The notes under the pieces: generated by a model
Database searches by the model: none
The model's input: the letters and a program-made list of their open reading frames with translations, nothing else
Told to the model about the DNA's origin: nothing
Shown: positions 53,291 to 64,000 of the stretch, piece by piece
Layout of the letters: each line of letters begins with the position of its first letter
Position numbering within the stretch: the first letter of the stretch is position 1
Position numbers and translations under genes: made by a program
Source: the human T2T-CHM13v2.0 reference genome, Homo sapiens
DNA length: 64,000 nt
NCBI RefSeq assembly: GCF_009914755.1
Contig: NC_060927.1
Reading direction: 5' to 3' (one strand)

Positions 53291-53822
53291 GAGCTTGTTG
53301 TGCTGAGTTGTGTCAGTGTCGGTCAAGTGTTATGAAATTTCTTAGAGATGTTCTGTATTCAAAGGAAAAGAATATTTCTAAGGACTTAATCCTAAACCAT
53401 GTCTGATCCTCTGGTGCTTTGGTTTGTTTTGATCTGAGATAATGTATTAACAAAGTCATTTTTAAGCAGAAAGCGTAGTGAAATTCTTATTATTTTCTTC
53501 TATTATTTTTTAGGCTGAACTTTGAAACCTATTCTCTTTTAATCACATCATTTTAAAAAGCTAAATTTGACAAAGGGGATGGAAAAAGTATTTTATTTAG
53601 GGTTAGAGTTCAATGAATTTTCTTAAAGTCCATTTTGAAGATACTGTGGTGGTCCAGGCTTCTGTTTTATAGTTTTAGATTTTATATTTAGATCATGGTC
53701 TATTTTACAATTAGTTTTTGTATGTGAGTGTGGGTTAAAGGCTGTGCTTGTCACATATGTATGCACACATATATGAGTATATATATGTGTGTGTATATAT
53801 GCATATATATATACATAACTAA

Positions 53823-54068
53823 CAGTTGATGCTTAAACAACATGGGTTTGAATTGTGTGGGTCCACTTATACATGAATTTTATTCAACCAAACATTAATA
53901 AAAAATATAGCCTTTTCAGGATGCAAAACCCCATATGGAGGGCCATCTTTCCATATATACCTATACTTGAGTCCCAGTAGAGCTGACAGTGAGACTTGAG
54001 TATACCTGGATTTTGATACATATGAGCAGTCCTGGAACGAATCCAACACATATACTGAAGGACAACTG
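53823..54068. mobile_element. MER8 (Tigger2-derived MITE)
   Basis: Ends cagttga... / ...gacaactg, with TA on the right; aacaacatgggtttgaattgtgtgggtccacttatac. Confidence 0.8.
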
Positions 54069-54329
54069 TATTTGGTATATGAATATCCCAATTCAGTGGG
54101 AAAAAGATACTTTGTAAAATGAATGAAATAGTTCACAGGTGTTTGGGAGGACCAGGATGATAAGTTCTAGTTACAAGGCAAACAAAAGAGCAAACAATGT
54201 AGTATAAAGCATATGTCAGAGCACTGCACCAGAATTATACTCCTGGATAGAAGTCTAGAGGTATATCTCTCAGATGATAGAGATTGTATTTGTTTTCTTT
54301 AATGTGTCTATCTGTTTGCTGTTTGATTC

Positions 54330-54480
54330 AAATATGGCTTAATTATATGATGTTAAGGATAAACTTAACCCCTCTGTACCTTAGTTTCCCCATCAATAAA
54401 GTGGGGATCAAAATAGCATCTGCCTCAAAGAGTTTTTAAAGGGATTAAAAAGAATGTACATAAAATATTGAAATATTAGC
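54330..54480 (+). mobile_element. MIR
   Basis: acttaacccctctgtaccttagtttccccatcaataaagtggggat. Confidence 0.7.
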
Positions 54481-55255
54481 CATTTATTATGAACACCTGT
54501 TTCTTCCAGGTGCTATCTTCTAAGCAGCTAGCTCACTTAAATGGGGAAAGAGTCTTCATAGGACCATTATTATGGTCTGCTTACCTCATATGTTCCCTGT
54601 GAGCAATTAGAATTTAAGCACAAATATCCAGTTACTTTCCTTTGATTAACAATTCTGGAGGGGTTCCTCTAACTCAATAGTTTACAAAGACATCAAAATG
54701 ATTAATCGAAAATGACTGAACTCACATCATGAAATTAATTATATAGAGATTACCAAGCAGTTCACTTATGCATAAACATCATCACAAATGATATCCACAT
54801 AAATTTATGTCCCCCTGATATTTATTACCAATTCATTTTTCTAGAGAGTTTTGGGAAAAAAACACTCTGCCAATACTGCTAAGGGTATTTTCCTTCTAAT
54901 TTTCATCCATGTCTCTTTTCTTACTGTCCTTGTTCACTGTTGTCCATTGATTCAGTTTTGTCTTCCATGCTGGGCCAATACCTGCTGATCTAATCTGCTT
55001 CATGTCAGCCTTGTCACTCCCTTGATTTAAGACTGATATGCTGATTGCAAGGACTTCTAAGTCTCTGTCTACATTTCTGTAAGTCTAAAAATTCTCTTTT
55101 TATTTATGATTGCAGATATTCAAGCAACTTGCTCCATTTTTGCAAATATGGTGACTGTATTGTGTATATAATAGGCAAATATAGTAGTTGCCTATTATAA
55201 AATATCTCCTTTATATATTGCTGTGCGATGAGAGGTTTTGCAGAATCTCCTGATC

Positions 55256-55765
55256 ATGACCAAGCTACATGATTTAAGGGACTAAGTGTAAAATGAAGAT
55301 GTGGTGTTTTTTTGTTCAAAAATTATTATTATTATTATTACTATTATTATTATTATTATTATTATGAGATGGAGTCTCACTCTGTCGCCCAGGCTGGAGT
55401 GCAGTGGCACCAGCTCGGCTCACTGCAAGCTCCACCTCCCGGAGTCACTCATTCTCCTGCCTCAGCTGCCCGAGTAGCTGGGACTACAGGCACCCGCCAC
55501 CACACCTGGCTAATTTTTTGTATTTTTAGTAGAGACAGGGTTTCACCGTGTTAGCCAGGGTGGTCTCGATCTCCTGACCTTGTGATCTGCCCGCCTTGGC
55601 CTCCCAAAGTGGTGGGATTACAGGGATAAGCCACAGCGTCCAGCCTGTTCAAAAATTATTAAAACTTTCAGGACATTGAGAGCAGGGCATTAAACCAAGA
55701 ACAGGGCCCTTCTATACATGGGCCCTGTGTGTCTGCACAAGTTGTACATCATGAAGCTGACCCTG
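55256..55765 (-). mobile_element. MER45A (hAT-Tip100) interrupted by an Alu
   Basis: gctacatgattt...aaaatgaagatgtgg...ttgttcaaaaattatt...gcattaaaccaag...gggccctgtg...catgaagctgaccctg. Confidence 0.8.
55329..55645 (-). mobile_element. Alu (AluY/Sc-like) with an (ATT)n tail
   Basis: 16-bp TSD tgttcaaaaattatta at 55313 and 55646. Confidence 0.95.
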
Positions 55766-56139
55766 ATGCTGGATTCTGGTGGAAAGGAAAGAATGCTTAG
55801 AGTGAATGCACCATGAAAATGTGTCACCTATTGCTCAGAATACATTTTATACAGCTTGATCATTACTTTCTCTGCTGTATTATTTTATATCCCATTGTCT
55901 GCCACCTTCCTAACTTCCATGGCAGGACTATAGTTGAATATCCACTTCTCACCTTAGTGGTTTTTGTGGTTTAATCTTATTATGCTCACTTGTATGTTTT
56001 CTCATTACAGATAGAGACGAGGTAAGCCATATGCTGCTTCTGATAAATATTTATTGAGCACAAAATAATCTGTACATAGTCTTGTGCTTAGCACTATACA
56101 AAGAAAGCTGAAGGGGCACAGTCTCAATATTGCTGTGGT

Positions 56140-56330
56140 TACTTTTGAGGGCCAGGCTCTATCTGCTGCATGACCTGAATTACTTATTTTCTCTATACCA
56201 TTCCTCAATTTCTTTATCAGTAGAAATGAACATACTAAGGTAAGGGTGTTGTTACAGTGAAAATAAAATATATTTAGCACATCTGGAACAGTGCTTGATG
56301 CTGAGTAAGTACTCAGAAATATTAGCTATT
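56140..56330 (+). mobile_element. MIR
   Basis: cctcaatttctttatcagtagaaatg...ttagcacatctggaacagtg...agtactcagaaatattagctat. Confidence 0.65.
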
Positions 56331-56450
56331 TTCCTTGGTTTTCATATCTGGACCAGGAGAAACATACAATGTTCCCACCCTTGCATTTTCATGCCCAACA
56401 TTTGGATCAATATAGAATTTTTGTCCTAGTATAAGCTAACTTTTTGCTGC

Positions 56451-56808
56451 TGTATTAGTCCATTTTCATGCTGCTGATAAAGACATAGCTGAGACTGGGT
56501 AATTAAAAAAAAAAGCGGTTTAATGAACTCACAGTTTCACATGGCTGGGGAGGCCTCACCATCATGGTGGAAGGCAAAAGGCACATCTTACATGGCAGCG
56601 TGCAAGAGAGAATGAGAGGCAAGTGAAAGGGGAAATCCCTTGCAAAACCATCAGATCTCGTGAGACTTATTTACTATGATGAGAACACTATGGGGGAACC
56701 ATCCCATGATTCAATTATCTCCCACTGGGTTCCTCCCACAACATGTGAGAATTATGGGAGCTACAATTCAAGATGAGATTTGGGTGGAGACACAGCCAAA
56801 CCATATCA
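56451..56808 (-). mobile_element. THE1C-like solo LTR
   Basis: tgtattagtccattttcatgctgctgataaagacata...gacacagccaaaccatatca. Confidence 0.92.
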
Positions 56809-56887
56809 CTTGCCAAAGGTAATACAGTAAACATCAGCCCTGGCTATTCTTCACAATTAGAATCTATAAAAATATATACCTACTGAT

Positions 56888-57198
<311 letters not shown>

Positions 57199-57288
57199 TT
57201 AGAATCTCTTGGTGGGGTGCCAGTTGTAAATGTGTGTGCATGTGTGTGTTGGAGATGATCAAAAGATAGTGAACCTATGAATTATTTT

Positions 57289-57440
57289 TCCCTTCCCTTG
57301 CCTTCCCCTCCCTTCCCCTCCCTTCCCCTCCCTTCCCCTCCCTTCCCCTCCCTTCCCCTCCCTTCCCCTGCCTTCCCCTCCCCTCCCCTTACCCTCCCCT
57401 TACCCTCTCCTTACCCTTCCCTTCCCCTTCCCTTCCCTCC
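57289..57440. repeat. (CCTTCCCCTC)n polypyrimidine tandem repeat
   Basis: About six near-perfect 10-mers followed by degenerate C/T units. Confidence 0.95.
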
Positions 57441-57499
57441 TTTTGTGTGTCTGTTTACCTTTGTGGTGGCACTGTGGGGATTCATTAGCTTCCAAGGAG

Positions 57500-57770
57500 T
57501 TTACAGTATATTGAGGAAGAGAAACAAGAAAATTGAACACATTTGAAACGGGGTAATTTATGAGAACACAAAAGAGGGATACAAAAATCTAGCCTGGGCT
57601 GTGGGGATTTCCAGGAAGCCTTCTTGTAGAAGATGACTTCTGAACTGAGACTTAAAGGATGAATTGAAATTTATCAAGAGTAAAATGTGTTACAGATAGG
57701 AGGAATAGGATGCACAAGATGAACTTATGCCTTTTGAAGTTCCACAGGTAGTTTTAGTATAGAACTAGGG
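57500..57770 (-). mobile_element. L2 fragment
   Basis: aggaagccttcttgtagaagatgacttctgaactgagacttaaaggatgaa. Confidence 0.65.
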
Positions 57771-58296
57771 TTGAAAAATTATAATTTAAAATTGTTTTTT
57801 AATTCAGAAAATTTGTATAAGAAAACAGGCCAGAAGAACTGTGCTATTCTCTTTGCCTTTGCCTGTTTTCTGCATCCCAGTTCCTCACTCCATCCTGGTG
57901 ACATTTGTCTTTAGCCTTGCTTGGCAATATAGCTTATATGTTTTGTTGTTATGCCAACTATTAGAGAAGCCTGATAGTATACTGGGACAATATTGAGAAA
58001 CTGCATTTGTTTTTTTAAGTCTGATAAATGTTTTTTTTTTCTTAGAAAGTTGCATGTTGACTATATCAGTTATTTTACTTACCTTCACAAAGTGGGTCTT
58101 TGCCTATTTTTATCAGACTGATCTTGTTAGAGAATAATCTTTGATATTCACTTTAGGTTAGTTGTTCTGGGTTACATTAGCTTATAAATCATAGAGCCTG
58201 ATTGAGAACTCCAGTGTTCTGATTCCAAGATCATATTTCTTTTTACTGTGTTTCAACAACATTTAAAGACACTAATCATAATCTGTTCTGTCTTTT

Positions 58297-58599
58297 TATT
58301 TTTACTTTTTATTTTTTTATTTTTTGAGACAGAGTCTCACTCCATCACCCAGGCTGGAGTGCAGTAGTGTGTCCTTGGCTCACTGCAACCTCTGCCTCCT
58401 GGGTTCAAGTGATTCTCGTGCCTCAGCCTTCCAAGTAGCTGGGATTACAGGCACGTGCCACCACACAGAGCTAATTTTTTTATTTTTAGTAGAGCCAGGG
58501 TTTCACCATGTTGGCCAGGCTGCTCTCGAACTCCTGACCTCAAGTCATCGGCCTGCCTCAGCCTCCCAAAGTGCTGGGATTACAGGCATGAGCTCGGCC
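58297..58599 (-). mobile_element. Alu (AluSx-like)
   Basis: TSD tgttctgtctttt at 58284 and 58600. Confidence 0.94.
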
Positions 58600-58685
58600 T
58601 GTTCTGTCTTTTGAATGAGTCCTTTAATCCATTTGTTGTCCATCAGCGGACAGAAGAAATCTGTAAAAAAGAGGAAGTATTTGGT

Positions 58686-59222
58686 TACGGTGGTAGCCAG
58701 TCTCCAAAGGTAGCTCCTACAGTTCTTCTCCTCCCTGTACTGTAGTCCCATCCTCACAGGAAGAGATGGAGTTACACCCCTTCCCTTTGAATTTGGGCTA
58801 CTCCTGTGACTGCTTTGACTAATAGAATATTCTGAGACTTCTGAGTTTAGGCCTCAGAAGAACTAACAGCTTCCACTTTTTTCCTGTTGGAGCACTCGCT
58901 TTTGTGATACTCCTTCTCAAAAACCAGCTGCCATGCTGTAAGCACCATGAGCCCTGAGATGCTTTGTTCTGCAGCCCCAGAGATGCTCCCAGTGGAAAGC
59001 CAGTACCAACTGCCAGCCTGAGAGGGAACCATCTTGGATGTTCCAGTGCAGTTAAAGCCCTATATAACTTGGCTGGAGACTCAGCCGATATCCTGTGAAG
59101 CAGAAGAACCACCCAACTGATCCCAGTAAATCCTACAGAAACATGAAAGATACTTACATGGCTGTTGGTACAAGTCACTAAATTTTGAGGTGGTTTATTA
59201 CACAGTAATGGATAACTGAAAA
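58686..59222 (+). mobile_element. MLT1G/H-like LTR
   Basis: tgtgactgctttgactaatagaat...cactaaattttgaggtggtttattacacagtaatggataactgaaa. Confidence 0.8.
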
Positions 59223-59869
59223 TGTCACCTCTGTAACAAGACTTATGTCTTTTTCCCTCAATATCTTGACTAATGAAAACAACATGTGAAAAGTAGTGAG
59301 TTGCATGTGCTTACTAGGTAGACTGACTTATTACACTAATATAGCAATGATCTCTACTACAGAAGTTTTTCTGGAAATTATTTTAAATGACCAAAACTCT
59401 AATTATCCTGAGCAGAGCCAAAATGAAAGTTACACTAGTGTTTAAAAAGCCTCATTAATTTGAGAAGAATATATGATCTAGATGGCAAGAACCTTGAATT
59501 AGCATGCAAATATCCTTTTGTGATTAAAAAAGGAAAACACATTTGCTGTTTGACATTTGAGACTTGATTTTGAGCTAAATAATCTAAAGAAATTAGCCCT
59601 TTATGGACCAAGAGTGCAAGGGACTAGAAGACATCAGGAGGTGTTTCCTGCTAGGGCACTCTACAGCTGGCATTTAAGTTTAGGAAAATTGAACAGCAGC
59701 ATTGTTTTAAAAATATATTTTCTTTATTTATGATGAACATATTTTCCAAACCAGAAATTGGGACATGTGTTTGACAAATATATATGAAATTATGGGATCA
59801 GTGAGCAGAATTATCAGAAAAAAATTAATAAATACACAGTCATGGTGATGATAATGTAGGTGAGAGTAA

Positions 59870-60100
59870 AAATAATAGCTAAATAAAATTTATATAGTGC
59901 TAATAATATGCCAGGTACTATTCTAAGTGTCTAGCATTAACTCATTTAATAGTTTCAAAGATGTATGAAATAAGTTCTATGTTAATTTCTATTTTTACAA
60001 GTGAGGAAATTGAGGCATGAGCCTGCTAGGTAGCAGAGCAAGCTGTGAAGTCAATCTTGCTCTAGAGCCCATACTTTTTATTACTCTACCACATTGCCTC
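59870..60100 (-). mobile_element. MIR
   Basis: atgccaggtactattctaagtg...tttttacaagtgaggaaattgaggca. Confidence 0.7.
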
Positions 60101-60604
60101 TTTGTATAGTGTACAGGGTAAGCATGAAAGAAGGAAAGCTATATATAGTTCTTAGGTAATGGGAAGTGGTGACCACTACTGGTCCAAACAGATCATATGT
60201 AAAAGATTATTGGAGCTTCATTAAACAGCAACTGAGAAACCACATGCCTATTTGTTTGACTCTTATTGCCTCTGGAGTCATGGATGGGAAACCTGGAGCT
60301 ACTGTCCAGCAAGTGGCCTTCATGGCAAGCTCCCTGGTAACCTAGGTGGGATGCTAAGCAAGAAGAATATTGAGATAGCATTGCCACCACCCCCACAAAA
60401 CTGGCTAAAAGCAGTGCCACAAACATGGCCCCATCAACTCAAGATCCCATGGGGAACATGATTGGTTATTTGTGAAAATCCAATGCTTTGTTCCCTCTGT
60501 CGTATGCACTGTTTGTTTGTGAAGGATGAGGAAGCAGTGGGGCAGTAATTAGAGTGCCTGATATCTGGTTGTAGTGTACCCTGATTGCTAAGAACAATAC
60601 AAAT

Positions 60605-60885
60605 TGTAGATGACTGCCGGAGAGGTGGGGATGTTTAATGGGTACAAAACATAGAAAGAATGAGTAAGACCTACTGTTTGATAGCACAACAGGGTGACTA
60701 TAGTCCATAATAACTGTGTATCTTAAAATAACTTAGAAAGTGTAACTGGATTGTTTGTAACTCAAAGGAAAAATGCTTGAGGGGATGGAAACCCCATTCC
60801 CCATGATGTGCTTATTTCTCCTTGCATGCCTGTATCCAAATATCCCATGCACCCCATAAATATATGTAACTATTATGTACCACAG
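60605..60885 (+). mobile_element. L1MA1-3-type 3' end, short
   Basis: ggggatgtttaatgggtacaaaa...tttgatagcacaacagggtgactatagtc...accccataaatatat; TSD aacaatacaa at 60593 and 60915. Confidence 0.85.
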
Positions 60886-60986
60886 TTTTTTTTTCTTTTT
60901 TTTTTTTTTTTTAAAACAATACAAGGATCTTCTCAACTCCTTCTGGGCAAATGGCAGGTTGCTGGCACTCATTAAGACCCAGAACA

Positions 60987-61290
60987 GGCCGGGCGCAGTG
61001 GCTCACGCCTGTAATCCCAGCACTTTGGGAGTCTGAGGCGGGCGGATCACGAGGTCTGGAGATCGAGACCATCTTGGCTAACATGGTGAAACCCCGTCTC
61101 TACTAAAAATACAAAAAAATTAGCCGGGCGTGGTGGCGGGTGCCTGTAGTCCCAGCTACTCAGGAGGCTGAGGCAGGAGAATGGTGTGAACCCAGGAGGC
61201 GGAGCTTTCAGTGAGCCGAGATGGCGCCACTGCACTCCAGCCTGGGCAACAGAGAGAGACTCTGTCTCAAAAAAAAAAAAAAAAAAAAAA
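60987..61290 (+). mobile_element. Alu (AluY-like)
   Basis: TSD acccagaacag. Confidence 0.95.
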
Positions 61291-62618
61291 CCCAGAACAG
61301 ACAACACATGATATTATAAATGTCACCTAGTTCAGCAACTGGTTTGATATTTTAGACGAAGACTAACCTTTAACCTATTTATGTATGTGTTTATTGCATC
61401 TGGAAATATATGCCACTCCATGACCTTGAAGACTCTGTGCCATGAGCTAGTCTTAATATAGGTCAGAATTAGAGGCCACATTGATGTAAACCCCCCAAGA
61501 ACTTGGACATGAAGAAGATAAGATTCCACACTCAAAAGTTAAATATAAGATCACCACAGGAAGGATCTGAGCAGGCAAATCCAAATTCACTTGGAGGAGA
61601 CAGGACTGTTCCCAGGCCAACCAATATCTCATTAACAAAAAAGAATGTATGAACATATCTATAAAAGATGTTTTTAAAAAATCAGAATGGGCTTGGTCAT
61701 TCTCGAGGCATAGAAAGAATGGAGAGTTGTTGAGAAAATTTTGGACATAGTTATATATACAATACTGGAGAAATGGAATCTCAACTGTTGGATCACAAGT
61801 ATCTCTCAGCCAATGGCAAGGCCATGCTTAGTTTGGAAATAGATGCAGGGAATAGATTAAGTGAACTTATGGTATTTCTGATCCTCATTGGCAACACTAT
61901 CTCTAGTGGAAATGCTACTTGGGACTTTATTAGACTAGTGACATTGGACAATCATTACTCCTCTTATTCTGATTCTGTCACAGGTAAGCAAACATCTGGT
62001 TATGATCTGACTTTCTGTGTAACTCTGAATAGAAAATGCTGTAAACTGAGGACTCAGAGTCCAAATTCAGACCAGAAGATTTTTCTTACATAATTAAATG
62101 TTTTTCAATAGTTGCAACTATGTACAAATTGAGAAAGTAATTTGTAATTGATCTTGCTTCCTGTCCAAAAATAGAAAGTTTTGTAAGATTACATTCAAAT
62201 TTCTAGATAGTAGCAACTGGCTAGAGATAAATAGCAGCTGCTCCTTTTATATGTTTATTTATTTTCCAGCCGTATTGAGGTATACTTAAGGAATAAAAAT
62301 TATATATATTTTAAGTGTACAATGTGATGTTTTTATAGATGCATACATTGTAAAATGATAACCACAATAAAGATAATTAACATACTAATCACATCACATA
62401 GTATGATTTTTTTTTTTTGTGGTAAGAACACTTAAGATCAGATCTTAGCAGATTTCGAGAATATAGTTAGCCTTCCATATCCATGGGTTCTGCATCTGTG
62501 GGGTCAACAAACCATGGGTAAAAAATACTCAGAAAAAAACCTGCATCTGTAGTGAACATGTACAGACTTTTTTTCTTGTTATTCCCTAAAATATAGCATA
62601 TGAAAACTTTTTACATTG

Positions 62619-62897
62619 TGATATGGTTTGGCTGTGCCCCCACCCAAATCTCACCTTGAATTGTAATAATCCCCACATGTCAAGTCAGACCAGGTGGAGT
62701 TAATTGAACCATACTGTTCTTGTGGTAGTGAATAAGTCTCATGAGGTATGATGGTTTTATAAACGGGGGAGTTCCCCTGAACAAGCTCTCTTGCCTGCCA
62801 CCATGTAAGATGTAACTTTGCTCCTCATTCACCTTCTGCCATGATTGTGAGGCCTCCCCAGCCATCTGGAACTGTGAGTCCATTAAACTACTTTCCT
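62619..62897 (+). mobile_element. THE1B-like LTR, 3' end missing
   Basis: tgatatggtttggctgtgccccacccaaatctcacc...gagtccattaaactactttcct, followed directly by an Alu. Confidence 0.9.
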
Positions 62898-63221
<324 letters not shown>

Positions 63222-64000
63222 TTATTTAAGTATATGTGAGGATGTGCATAAGTTATATGCAAGTATTATGCCATTCTATATCAGGGACATGAACATTCTT
63301 GATCTTGGTATGCACAGGAGGTCCTGGAGTCAATTTCCCATGGATATGGAGGGACAACTGTACAATGCAGTATTATTACCTATAGTTTAGTGCCATACAT
63401 TAGATTTCCAGAACTTATTCATTGTATATAACTGAATCTTTGTACCCTTTGAGCAACATCTCTCTATTTTCCCCATTCCCCGTCCCTGGCAGCCACCATT
63501 CTACTCTGTTTTTATGAGTCCAACTGGTTTATATTCTCACAATATAAGTGAGATCATGCAGTATTTGCTTTTCTGTGTCTTGCTTATTTCACTTAGTATG
63601 ATGTCCTCCAGGTTCATCCATGTTGTCACAAATGACAGAATCGACTTCTTTTTAAGGCTGAATGAAAAAGCAGCTGTTCCTTTTAAACAGGACATTTATT
63701 TTCCGTTTACCAGAATATTTGCTATTCCCTATGGTATTTCACCCCGCTGTTTCACCAACCTAACTGCTAGCCCCTTTGGTTTTTTGAGTTTTTATCCTGT
63801 GGGCTTAGGAGGGAAATTCTCTGATTACATAAGAGTACATTCTTGATATCTGTGATAATTTCTCATGATGAATGAATAGGGATGTATATCTAGCTTTCTA
63901 TGTAGCTTGACTGTAATATTAATGCTGACTGAATCTTATGTTTTCAAGAATTTTCTACTTCTTATTGTTAAATTAGAAATTGTCATTCTCATGACTACCT

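Noticed and set aside
55312-55554. ORF with a poly-Tyr run
   Set aside because: The (ATT)n Alu tail read in frame.
57277-57546. Pro-rich ORF with a hydrophobic C-terminal segment
   Set aside because: Translation of the C/T tandem repeat running into an L2 fragment.
61773-62093. 106-aa ORF in apparently unique sequence with an internal CAG/GTAAGC
   Set aside because: No recognisable domain or coding-like composition; ORFs of this length occur by chance.

Overview
This is primate (human-like) genomic DNA: AT-rich, CpG-depleted and dense in repeats. I recognise no protein-coding exon. The supplied ORFs are Alu-, L1- or LTR-derived, or chance ORFs. The window holds about 20 Alu/FLAM copies, several L1s (one long old L1M, L1PB/L1MA 3' pieces, two nested 5'-inverted L1s), a complete THE1 provirus, and solo LTRs (MST, MLT2 x2, MER11, MLT1, THE1, LTR16-like). 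It also holds DNA transposon fossils (MER5, MADE1, MER45A, MER8, Tigger3a, Tigger4, a hAT-Tip100 element), MIR/L2 remnants and a probable LF-SINE. Three signals stand out. (1) A perfect 19-bp long-range inverted repeat in unique sequence (31828-31846 / 32535-32553), with local hairpins at each arm and a nearby UGCAUG, is a candidate long-range RNA duplex. (2) The probable LF-SINE is a candidate exapted element. (3) Several locally templated insertion or fold-back scars occur inside old repeats. Repeat subfamily names come from memory of consensus sequences, not from a database search, and the host gene or locus was not identified.
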